From an uncultured virus (IMG/VR IMGVR_UViG_3300046411_001024) (Duplodnaviria; Heunggongvirae; Uroviricota; Caudoviricetes), in the IMG/VR virus record IMGVR_UViG_3300046411_001024: a DNA stretch of 20,000 nt; one strand, written 5' to 3'. Under the pieces are notes generated by a model. It worked only from the letters and a program-made list of their open reading frames with translations. It made no database searches and was not told the origin of the DNA. Each line of letters begins with the position of its first letter. Within the stretch, counting starts at the first letter, position 1. The translations under genes and the position numbers were made by a program. Positions 1-7,899 of the stretch are shown piece after piece.

Positions 1-334
1 AAAAATCTACTGAATCTCTAGAATCTCCTACGAGAGCAGTATTGAATAATGTAGTTTTTTCATTACTTACATTTTTCTCCATAACTTCGAAACTCTCAGG
101 TGTTGGCTCATAAGTATATACATGCTTAGCACCATTCTTTAGTGCTAGGTCTGTAAAGCATCCTATATGCCCACCTACATCCATTACAACTTTATCATTG
201 AAATCTAATTTAGCATATTGAGTCATCTCTTTAATAACGAACAACTCTCCTAAATCTGGTCTGTAAAATAGTCCAGAAGTTTCATCCTTTACTATTTCAG
301 CCACTTGTTCTCTTTCACTTGTAGTACTTATCAT
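1..334 (-). CDS. FkbM-family SAM-dependent methyltransferase (runs off the left edge; not in the ORF track)
   Basis: Manual translation from ATG at 334 (ATGA overlap with upstream stop; GAGG RBS) is open to the window edge: MISTTSEREQVAEIVKDETSGLFYRPDLGELFVIKEMTQYAKLDFNDKVVMDVGGHIGCFTDLALKNGAKHVYTYEPTPESFEVMEKNV...LFNTAL. It shows the FkbM pattern D(V/I)GxxIG, V..EP.P and N.AL. Confidence 0.85.
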   Translation of the reverse strand, partial: MISTTSEREQVAEIVKDETSGLFYRPDLGELFVIKEMTQYAKLDFNDKVVMDVGGHIGCFTDLALKNGAKHVYTYEPTPESFEVMEKNVSNEKTTLFNTALVGDSRDSVDF

Positions 335-1245
335 ATATAATCCTCTTGTTTCCTGAATTTATTAGAAAGAGATGATGAGATTTCAGGTTGCTCTCGTTTA
401 TTATCTCTTGCGTATTTAAAATGGACATCACCGATTTCATCTAAAGTCATATCCTTAAAATGTTTTGCTGGTGGGATACCAACATAAGTTCTTTTTAAAT
501 CAATCAGCATAATCAATCTATGCTCATCAGTATTGTTATGAGCACTATGCATATATTGATTATTAAATCCCCATGGGTGTTGCCAATCAACTTCCTCGCC
601 CTGTGCTTCTAAAAATAAATCTCCCTCAGGTACTATAAGAGGAATATGTATTCTAATATTTTCCCCTTTCTTATTTTCTATACCTATGTGTCTTTCAATA
701 ATACTTTGAGCAGGTAATATACTGTATTCAAGTATAGGGCATCTTTCTTTATAATGCTCAGCAATTTTTTTCATAGTTGGGAATGCTTCAGGATTATATC
801 CGTCTTGCTTTTGTTTGATGTTTAACATTCGCTTTTGAATCTTTTCATCAGCACCAGACCCAACAATATTTGGGTTATGGTATTTCATAACTAAGACTCG
901 CCAAGCATCGTTATTATATTCACCTGCAGTTGATTGACCCTTTAGCATATTATCATCCATACCCACTTGCATCTTTGCTCTAGCAATCTTATCGGGACTT
1001 CCTTCACGAGATCGTTTCAACTGACTGTATATTGATTCTAATGCAGAAGTCGTACCTCTTTTTAGGCAATCTTCTATATCTTCATATTCTGTTAAAAAAT
1101 CCCTTGTTAAATCAGGTACGAAACCCATAAGGAAATCTAACTCGTCATCAAATCTTTTTACATCTCCATAACGAAATATTTTTTGTGTTCTTAGTTTGGC
1201 TATTGCTTCTTTGTCATAACTAAGATGTTCTGGCAAGTTTATCAT
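331..1245 (-). CDS. Aspartyl/asparaginyl beta-hydroxylase (ASPH/LpxO-like) 2OG-Fe(II) oxygenase domain protein
   Basis: The C-terminal half has YSILPAQSIIERHIG...IRIHIPLIVP...FNNQYMHSAHN...RLIMLID, matching the ASPH-family pattern S.L.....I..H.G...R.H..L.VP...F.....H...N....R..L..D. The N-terminal ~150 aa are unrecognised. Confidence 0.8.
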   Translation of the reverse strand: MINLPEHLSYDKEAIAKLRTQKIFRYGDVKRFDDELDFLMGFVPDLTRDFLTEYEDIEDCLKRGTTSALESIYSQLKRSREGSPDKIARAKMQVGMDDNMLKGQSTAGEYNNDAWRVLVMKYHNPNIVGSGADEKIQKRMLNIKQKQDGYNPEAFPTMKKIAEHYKERCPILEYSILPAQSIIERHIGIENKKGENIRIHIPLIVPEGDLFLEAQGEEVDWQHPWGFNNQYMHSAHNNTDEHRLIMLIDLKRTYVGIPPAKHFKDMTLDEIGDVHFKYARDNKREQPEISSSLSNKFRKQEDYI

Positions 1246-1250
1246 GTATT

Positions 1251-3056
1251 TTATCCTTCACAAGCGAGACAGACATCACCATCGGCTATCGCTGATATGT
1301 CTAACTCTTTAATTATCTCCCTTTGTATTCTTCGACTAATTTTATCGGCTTTACCGATCTTTTCACTTCTACAATAATACAGTGTTTTTAGACCAGTCTT
1401 CCATGCTAAGAAGTGAACAGCATGTAAATACTTAATATCTGCGTCAGGTCTAAAGAATAAATTAACTGACTGTGCTTGGTCAATATATTTTTGTCTTTCA
1501 CTGGCATGGTTTATAATCCATTGTTGGTTCATCTCCATAGATGTTTTATATACATCTTTCTCTAAATCTGTTAGGTATTTTAGATGCTGTACTGAACCAT
1601 CATTTGCTATAATACTTGACCATTCATCATCTAGATTTAACTTGCTCTCTTTACTTTTTTTCTCCAGTAGTTTCTGAAGGAATTTATTCTTATTGGTATG
1701 AGATCCAGAAAGTGTATCTTGACGATAAGCATTAGCTCGAAAAGGCTCGATACTAGGAGAAGTATTACCCATGATAATGCTACTACTAGCATTAGGAGCA
1801 ATAGCAAGCATATGGCTAAACCTCCGACCAGTACCAGTAGCATCAGGTGCTTCCCCTCGCTCAATACCCATCTCAATGTTTGCTTTATCCAGTCCAGTTC
1901 TAATATGTTTAAAAATCTTTTCATTTCTATTTCCTGCTATGGCACTTTCATAAGGTATTCCATTTTTCTGTAAGTAAGCATGAAAACCCAAAGCACCTAT
2001 CCCGATAGATCTTTCTTGCTCAGCTGAATACTTGGCACGAGATAATTCAGGTCTAGCATTATCAATAAAATACTGCAAAACATTATCAAGCATTTCAGCT
2101 ACATCTTTCAGGAATGTTTTATTTTTTGACCACTCATCATAGTGTTCTAAGTTCAAAGATGATAAACAACATACAGCAGTTCTTTCCTCATTAGTAGGAA
2201 GTATAATCTCTGAACATAAATTACTTTGGTGAATTTTCAAACCCTTTTCTTTTAGGAACTCTGGCATCTGTTCGTTGCTAGTGTCAATGAAGTGTAGATA
2301 TGGCTCACCAGTCATCATACGAGTTTCTAAAATACTTTGCCATAATTCTCTAGCCGATACATACTCTTTTACTTTTCCATTATGCGGATCCTTGAGTGCC
2401 CATTTATCATCACAGTTTTCATTCTTCATACAGTTTTCGATAATCTGCATAAAGCTGTGTGGGATATTAATACCATGGTGCATATTTAATGCTCGCATGT
2501 TAGGATCGCCAGTCGGCTTTCTCATTTCAATAAATTCTTTAATATCAGGATGGTCAATATTTAAGTACGCAGCATAGCTACCTCTTCTTGTACGACCTTG
2601 ACGATATGCTAATGAAGATGCGTCATACATTTTCATATGTGGCATAACACCAGTAGATTTATCATCGGCACTACGAATACCGAATCCTATGCCTACACCA
2701 CCACCTGACATTGACAACCAGTTAGTTTCTGATAAATTTTGTACTAATCCTTCAGAAGAATCTTCAATATAATTTAAGAAACAACTAATAGGCAATCCTC
2801 TTTTACTTCTACCATAAGATAAAATAGGAGTGGCATAACTTAGCCAATGTTGAGATGAATAATCATACAACCTTTGAGCATGTTCAGGATTAGATGAAAA
2901 AGTTTTTGATACAAAAGCGAATCTTTCTTGCGGAGAAGTTTCATCATCTTTCATATACGATTCTCTTAATCGTATTTTACCAGCATCATCTAGTAGAGAA
3001 TCTCTAGTATAGTCTATTGTGATACCATGTATCTCTGAAATTAATTTATCTTCCAT
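1251..3056 (-). CDS. nrdA: Ribonucleoside-diphosphate reductase class I alpha subunit, short form lacking the ATP cone
   Basis: Motifs ATPILS, PISCFL, SNLCSEI (catalytic N-x-C-x-E), AVCCLSS, AIAPNASSS, TLYYCRS (radical-relay YY) and C-terminal CLAC. Start moved to ATG 3056, one base after the upstream TAA, instead of 3143. Confidence 0.95.
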   Translation of the reverse strand: MEDKLISEIHGITIDYTRDSLLDDAGKIRLRESYMKDDETSPQERFAFVSKTFSSNPEHAQRLYDYSSQHWLSYATPILSYGRSKRGLPISCFLNYIEDSSEGLVQNLSETNWLSMSGGGVGIGFGIRSADDKSTGVMPHMKMYDASSLAYRQGRTRRGSYAAYLNIDHPDIKEFIEMRKPTGDPNMRALNMHHGINIPHSFMQIIENCMKNENCDDKWALKDPHNGKVKEYVSARELWQSILETRMMTGEPYLHFIDTSNEQMPEFLKEKGLKIHQSNLCSEIILPTNEERTAVCCLSSLNLEHYDEWSKNKTFLKDVAEMLDNVLQYFIDNARPELSRAKYSAEQERSIGIGALGFHAYLQKNGIPYESAIAGNRNEKIFKHIRTGLDKANIEMGIERGEAPDATGTGRRFSHMLAIAPNASSSIIMGNTSPSIEPFRANAYRQDTLSGSHTNKNKFLQKLLEKKSKESKLNLDDEWSSIIANDGSVQHLKYLTDLEKDVYKTSMEMNQQWIINHASERQKYIDQAQSVNLFFRPDADIKYLHAVHFLAWKTGLKTLYYCRSEKIGKADKISRRIQREIIKELDISAIADGDVCLACEG

Positions 3057-3057
3057 T

Positions 3058-3612
3058 TTATTTTCCATACTGAATGACGATTGAAAATCTGTGCGTTGGG
3101 CTGTGGATTGTTGGTGGGTTGATTGTGTGGGGTATTGTGCCATCGAATAAAATTATCCTCCCTGGAATATAGAACGATGCCCAGTCTAGGGTATCGTTGG
3201 TTGAGTTAGTAAACAGTGTTTGTCCACCCCAAGACTTTTCCCATTCCATGTTGGGATAATATAGCATGGTTAAATTATGCTCAGCACCAGTATCGCAATG
3301 AAAACGATTTTTATCCTGGATTGTACTAAGGTTAATCCTAGCTTGTGTTATTGTATAGTCATCTAAGTGGTGTTTGATGTGGGAATATGCTTCAATTTTC
3401 TCTATCCCCATATTTTCCACATCAACGAGAGAGAGATTACAATATAAGTTATAGTCGCCTTTAGTCTCCAATCTTTGTACATCAGAGCCACTTAGCGAAT
3501 ACTTTTTGTTTAAGCAATAACTATATAGTCTTTCTCGTTCTTCGAAAGTAAAGATATTATCAAAATACCACAGAGACTTTCCATCGATCTTTCTGAGTCG
3601 TTCTTCAACCAT
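3058..3612 (-). CDS. 2OG-Fe(II) oxygenase (prolyl-4-hydroxylase-like)
   Basis: H-x-D (HCD), LYYPN..W...WGG, PGRIILFDGTIPH (distal His) and R-x-S (RFS) 2OG-binding motif. Confidence 0.9.
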   Translation of the reverse strand: MVEERLRKIDGKSLWYFDNIFTFEERERLYSYCLNKKYSLSGSDVQRLETKGDYNLYCNLSLVDVENMGIEKIEAYSHIKHHLDDYTITQARINLSTIQDKNRFHCDTGAEHNLTMLYYPNMEWEKSWGGQTLFTNSTNDTLDWASFYIPGRIILFDGTIPHTINPPTIHSPTHRFSIVIQYGK

Positions 3613-3623
3613 ATATACTTACC

Positions 3624-3992
3624 CTATTCATCATCCTCGTTATCGTCTATATCAGCCTGTTTGGGCTCATGGTGGGGTCTCTCACAGGGCATCCCACTAT
3701 TATCAAACCACCTGCCATCAGAGGTATGAAAATACTTCTGATAATAAACTCCAGTGGTTTTCATATGGTCAGTACGATATCGTCTAAACTTTTTTTCTTC
3801 TATTTTACCTTTATATTCTTCACCGAACTCACCTTGTAGTAATCTGCGTTGTGCAGCAACATAGCCACCACCATAAATCCTATCAATCCACTCACCATTA
3901 ACAAAATTAGTGACAACCCTTTTGGGTTTGGATTCTTCTATATAATCCTCATCTTCCCACTTTTCTTCAATCAGTGCTTTCTTCATCATCAT
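3624..3992 (-). CDS. Hypothetical protein
   Basis: GAGGAG RBS precedes ATGATGATG (real start may be the second or third ATG); packed in the operon; no recognised motif. Confidence 0.7.
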   Translation of the reverse strand: MMMKKALIEEKWEDEDYIEESKPKRVVTNFVNGEWIDRIYGGGYVAAQRRLLQGEFGEEYKGKIEEKKFRRYRTDHMKTTGVYYQKYFHTSDGRWFDNSGMPCERPHHEPKQADIDDNEDDE

Positions 3993-4449
3993 CTCCTCGT
4001 TCAGTTTTAGTAAATTCTAAATTGGTATTCTCATTTATGTCAACTATATTGTCATTAGCTGGCGAATCTGGTATCTGAAGAGGTTCATCATTTTCACTTC
4101 GTATATCATAATTTACTTCCTCATTACTTCCCATTGGTCTTTTCTCAATAGAAACTAAATCGATGGTATCAAAATCTAAGGTTCCAATAATAACCTTTGC
4201 TTGCTCTTTACCCATCTCGAGCACAAGTATATCTTTCGCAGCAATTAACATACCCATTGATGCACTTATTGCTTGCTTCCCAGTTTTAATACTTGTTAGT
4301 GCTTCCCAAAGTGGTGTAAGAATAAAGTTTTGCTCATACTCATGTTGCTTTCTAACTTCCTCCAACCTATCCGCATCAAATTTTTTCGCAGCATATTCGT
4401 TGATATCAACTATTTCAGCATCTTGTATATTATCTTTATCGTCTGTCAT
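3967..4449 (-). CDS. Hypothetical acidic protein
   Basis: Start reassigned to ATG 4449 (AAGGAG RBS, ATGA overlap with the MaoC-like stop). No recognised motif. Confidence 0.7.
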   Translation of the reverse strand: MTDDKDNIQDAEIVDINEYAAKKFDADRLEEVRKQHEYEQNFILTPLWEALTSIKTGKQAISASMGMLIAAKDILVLEMGKEQAKVIIGTLDFDTIDLVSIEKRPMGSNEEVNYDIRSENDEPLQIPDSPANDNIVDINENTNLEFTKTERGDDDEESTD

Positions 4450-4946
4450 TTTATCTCCTTCCCTTCGGGATTGACCCAATGTCTTCTTTCAAAGTTTGGG
4501 TCGCTTGATTTAAAAAAGTTTCTATCGACACCTTGTTCAAATGTCTCCATTAATCTTTTGGTTGGTCTAAATACTTGACCACTGCCTTTAGCTTTTATGA
4601 TGCCATCGCTCATGTCTTTTATAGCGAATATACCTTCACCAAGTTCACCTGCTTTTCTATCTGTAGCTTTCCATACTTTTCGATAACATTTTACTGTTGT
4701 AGGAAAGTGTATTGGTGCTAGGAAATTAATTTTAAAATTTCTAATAAAAAATCCAGGAACAGGATTAGAATACAATAAGGATATCATTAATGCTCCTGGC
4801 ATAACATTACCCTCTTCATCACCAAAGTGTAAAGGATTATCATCTTGAATAATTTTACAAAAGTTTCTTACCAAGTCTTCAGTAATTTCTACATCATGAA
4901 TATAATCTTTTAATAAGTCTGCTCTATCAAAAGGAACTTCGCTCAT
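4446..4946 (-). CDS. MaoC/PaaZ-like hotdog-fold (R)-specific enoyl-thioester hydratase/dehydratase
   Basis: ITEDLVRNFCKIIQDDNPLHF (D-x-N-P-L-H dyad), MPGAL and INFLAPIH. Start taken at the TAATG overlap with the primase stop (ATG 4952 is also possible). Confidence 0.8.
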   Translation of the reverse strand: MSEVPFDRADLLKDYIHDVEITEDLVRNFCKIIQDDNPLHFGDEEGNVMPGALMISLLYSNPVPGFFIRNFKINFLAPIHFPTTVKCYRKVWKATDRKAGELGEGIFAIKDMSDGIIKAKGSGQVFRPTKRLMETFEQGVDRNFFKSSDPNFERRHWVNPEGKEIK

Positions 4947-5959
4947 TAGCATTTTCTCCATAAGTTAAATTTAGCCACAGCATCAACACCCTCTACACTA
5001 TTATGTTCTATAAGAGCATGTATTGTTAGAGGTGTTTTACCTGCCATAATCATTTCATTAATATCTTTTTCTTTCACACTATCATTCCATAAACAAACAC
5101 GAAACCCATGATTAATCATTTTCTCAATCTGCTTTACTATGGCAGAGTTTCTTGGTTCATTATCAAATACGATAGTACAGTTATCTTTAAACTGACTGAC
5201 TTGTGGTATATTAAAGTCAGCACCAGCTGTAGCAATACAATTATCTAGAAACAAACTATCGATTGGACCTTCGACAACATAAACATGTCTATCTTTATCT
5301 ACTCGGTCGAGACCATATACTTTATGATTTTTTTCATTTGTTTTGATTGTATAATACTTAGGTGTTTCATTTCCGAAAGATCTGCCTTGTATCGCTATTA
5401 ATTCTTTTTCTTCATTGTAAAATGGTATAACTAATCTTGGCTCATCACTTTCTATCTGATGAAACTTCATGACTATATTATTATTCACCCATTCTTTAAA
5501 TCTGGGCACCCAAAAGAAGTGTTGATGAAGATCGTGATTTATGTGTCGTCTTAACAAGAACTTCTTGATTGGGTGCGAGTTATCCAAAGTAGATACTAAG
5601 TTGGCATGTTTTAGCGAGGTATAAGCCAAGTTCGTATCTGTTTTGAATATTTCTAAATCAGGTTTATCTGTAATATGTTTATTATTAGTACTACCAAATT
5701 TTTCAAGGGAGTACTCATTATAGATTCTTTGGTCAACCTGCTTGAGCAAGTTGCCTAGACTACTGCCAGCTTGACAGTTATGGCACTTGTAAAATAACGA
5801 GGACTCTTTTCTATAGATATATCCTCTAGCTTTTGATTGATTTTTTTGTGAGTCTCCACAGAGAGGACAGGAAAAGTTCCATAGATAATCCTTCTGTTGT
5901 TTAAAGTTTCTTACACGAGGTGCAAGCATACTCGCATATTTTGCGTCCACATAAATCAT
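4946..5959 (-). CDS. 61: T4-like DNA primase (gp61)
   Basis: Zn ribbon NFSCPLCGDS...KARGY...YKCHNC, PRLVIPF, QGRS, TOPRIM VEGPIDSLF, DNEPRN and KDINEM; typical gp61 length (337 aa). Confidence 0.95.
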   Translation of the reverse strand: MIYVDAKYASMLAPRVRNFKQQKDYLWNFSCPLCGDSQKNQSKARGYIYRKESSLFYKCHNCQAGSSLGNLLKQVDQRIYNEYSLEKFGSTNNKHITDKPDLEIFKTDTNLAYTSLKHANLVSTLDNSHPIKKFLLRRHINHDLHQHFFWVPRFKEWVNNNIVMKFHQIESDEPRLVIPFYNEEKELIAIQGRSFGNETPKYYTIKTNEKNHKVYGLDRVDKDRHVYVVEGPIDSLFLDNCIATAGADFNIPQVSQFKDNCTIVFDNEPRNSAIVKQIEKMINHGFRVCLWNDSVKEKDINEMIMAGKTPLTIHALIEHNSVEGVDAVAKFNLWRKC

Positions 5960-5966
5960 AGATATA

Positions 5967-5995
5967 ATATTAGTTGAAAAAAACTTAAAAGTAAA
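5967..5995 (-). promoter_or_regulatory. Putative sigma70-type promoter directly upstream of primase
   Basis: Minus strand TTTACT-17 nt-TAATAT, with the -10 ending 7 nt before the primase ATG; no Shine-Dalgarno in between. Confidence 0.45.
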
Positions 5996-6000
5996 GTTTC

Positions 6001-6417
6001 TTACATAAGATAACCAAGTAGTCCCATACCACCTGCAATACTAGCAATTATGCCCATGACATACCACTTATATTGCTCCAGTTTTACAACTTTGTTATCT
6101 AAATTCGTTATTTCTTCAGACATTTTGGCATGCTGTCGACTAGCAGTATCATTAATTGCCTTTTCTGACTGATGGATAGCAGTGACGACTTCTTTCGCAC
6201 CTTCGGTAATTCGCTGATGCAGTACCTTAATATCTCTCTTAATTTCTTCATCGGTTTCTTCTCCCGAATCTAATCTACTGTCATGTACAGCTAGTAGCTT
6301 AGATATTTGAGAAGTGGCTTCACCTATCTTCTCAATAGATACATCGATCTTCTGAATATCATTCTTCAGGTTAGATATTTCGACTTGATTCTTTGCTATT
6401 TCGACTTCACTCGCCAT
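6001..6417 (-). CDS. Coiled-coil protein with C-terminal transmembrane helix (XhlA/holin-like architecture)
   Basis: Long heptad region followed by LEQYKWYVMGIIASIAGGMGLLGYLM; lies directly downstream of the spanin pair. Confidence 0.55.
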   Translation of the reverse strand: MASEVEIAKNQVEISNLKNDIQKIDVSIEKIGEATSQISKLLAVHDSRLDSGEETDEEIKRDIKVLHQRITEGAKEVVTAIHQSEKAINDTASRQHAKMSEEITNLDNKVVKLEQYKWYVMGIIASIAGGMGLLGYLM

Positions 6418-7024
6418 AGTTGTGTACCCTTTGCATTTCTCCTACCCATCTTTGTAATTGTTGAAGTTGCCTTCTTACTTCATTACAAGAGGTGTAGTTA
6501 TCTACAGTTATCGTTGTTAATTCTGAGAGTCGGAGTTTTTCCTCTCCTCTATCGTCTCCATTTTCTTCCCCTCCTCCATCAGTACTTCTGGTGGTGTCGG
6601 GAACTTCATTTTTAATGGCACTGTCGTGGAGCAACCTAACATCGTCAGGAATACTACACTGAGCATCATCGTTTTCATTAAGTAGTTCATTGACCTTCTC
6701 ACTTATTTTATTTCCATTACTTGTTATTCTATTGCTGTCTGCTTCATATTCTTGAGCTAACTCGTTAGAAACTTTTTCAGCTTCAGCTTCAATAAGTTTC
6801 ATTTCTTCTTTCATGTTATTTAGCTCTTCGATAATCGGACCACTAGTCCAAACAGCACCCAATAGAAACGATCCGACGCCAAATAATAATCCAAAAACTA
6901 ATCCCCAACTTTTAGGTATAAGTGGTAAAATAGAAACTATTACAAGTCCTATTAAGCCAACAGCTGTAATACCAAAATAAATTGAAGTGGGTATCCACCC
7001 AAGTATAGTAATTAATGAAAACAT
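6407..7024 (-). CDS. Inner-membrane spanin (Rz-like)
   Basis: Hydrophobic N-terminus, periplasmic coiled coil, CSIPDDVRLLHD and LSELTTITVDNYTSC...LQQLQRW motifs; hosts an embedded lipoprotein ORF in another frame. Confidence 0.75.
   Translation of the reverse strand: MFSLITILGWIPTSIYFGITAVGLIGLVIVSILPLIPKSWGLVFGLLFGVGSFLLGAVWTSGPIIEELNNMKEEMKLIEAEAEKVSNELAQEYEADSNRITSNGNKISEKVNELLNENDDAQCSIPDDVRLLHDSAIKNEVPDTTRSTDGGGEENGDDRGEEKLRLSELTTITVDNYTSCNEVRRQLQQLQRWVGEMQRVHNYGE
6517..6690 (-). CDS. Outer-membrane spanin lipoprotein (Rz1-like), embedded in the i-spanin gene
   Basis: MNYLMKTMMLSVVFLTMLG|CSTTVPLKMKFPTPPEVLMEE...: basic residue, hydrophobic core, lipobox ending G-C (Cys codon 6631-6633) and a Pro-rich 38-aa mature region. 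Start is 6690 or 6678. Confidence 0.75.
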   Translation of the reverse strand: MNYLMKTMMLSVVFLTMLGCSTTVPLKMKFPTPPEVLMEEGKKMETIEERKNSDSQN

Positions 7025-7899
7025 TATAATGCTGTAGTTGATACTACGATATCGTTTGGTTGGTTAAGCATAGTGCTTTTACCAACTGACCTTGCTACAG
7101 GTCTTTTGATATGTCTCCAACTTCCTCCACCATTTCTATTAAATCTTATTGCTTTAGTATCACCCTCTTTTGTTTGTAAGACTATGACACCTTTCGGATT
7201 TTTACGAGCATAATTATATATGGCAGATTGTGTATCATCTGACATATTCAGATACTCTTTCCATTTAGAATATTTCTTTTTCCCTGATTTAAACTTTTTA
7301 AGGACATCGCCTGATACTTGAAATGTAGCAAACTTTCTACCCTTTTTCATTCTAACTGTTGGGGATAAATCTACTCCCCCACCTGACACTGAGTTTGCAG
7401 CAACTTCTTCATCAGTCTGGTCTTTTGGTTTTTTACCAGCTTTTTTCATAGAGATTGCGATTGCTGCTTGTTGTGCAGGCGACTTTGCTTCGATATTAAA
7501 CATATTCCAATATAGATGTTCAATAACTTCTTCGACTAATAATTCTTCTTCTAATAGAGAAATATCTTTTGATATTAAGTCTTCATATTTTTCACGCAAT
7601 ATATGTACTGACTCTTGTCCTTCATATGCTTCACGAATTAGATAATATGCTGCAGCAAGTGAGCCCAGTCTGGTTTTACCACCAGGAGCTTTTTCTACGA
7701 ACTGCTTTAGTTTGAATATTAATCTATGTAAAAAGGTATATGCGTTCTTTTCCTTAGTAGTAGTCAGCTTGTTAGCTTTCTTAAGGATCTTACCTCTCTC
7801 GTCAATAATACCTTCTTTAAAAGCATCAGTGTCTTTAAAAGGTTTTACTAACATAGAAATTATTCTATAAGCAATTATATTATCTACTGTTTTACTCAT
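7024..7899 (-). CDS. Conserved T4-like hypothetical protein, probably virion-associated
   Basis: N-terminal KPFKDTDAFKEGIIDERGK and EEVAANSV.GG motifs recalled from marine T4-like phages; internal basic peptide AKSPAQQAAIAISMKKAGKKPK flanked by Glu-ending sites. Confidence 0.7.
   Translation of the reverse strand: MSKTVDNIIAYRIISMLVKPFKDTDAFKEGIIDERGKILKKANKLTTTKEKNAYTFLHRLIFKLKQFVEKAPGGKTRLGSLAAAYYLIREAYEGQESVHILREKYEDLISKDISLLEEELLVEEVIEHLYWNMFNIEAKSPAQQAAIAISMKKAGKKPKDQTDEEVAANSVSGGGVDLSPTVRMKKGRKFATFQVSGDVLKKFKSGKKKYSKWKEYLNMSDDTQSAIYNYARKNPKGVIVLQTKEGDTKAIRFNRNGGGSWRHIKRPVARSVGKSTMLNQPNDIVVSTTAL

Noticed and set aside
1637..1924. 95-aa hydrophobic minus-strand ORF nested in nrdA
   Set aside because: Alternative frame inside a highly conserved catalytic region with no clear RBS or lipobox; the hydrophobicity is explained by nrdA codon bias. 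Not fully excluded, but unsupported.
3057..3143. N-terminal extension of NrdA given by the ORF track
   Set aside because: It overlaps the 2OG oxygenase 3' end by 86 nt and does not resemble RNR; ATG 3056 right after the upstream stop is more parsimonious.
1251..5959. Intron, intein or homing endonuclease in nrdA or primase
   Set aside because: Both frames are continuous, of normal length and with motifs in the expected order; no intein termini or HNH/GIY-YIG/LAGLIDADG motifs were seen.
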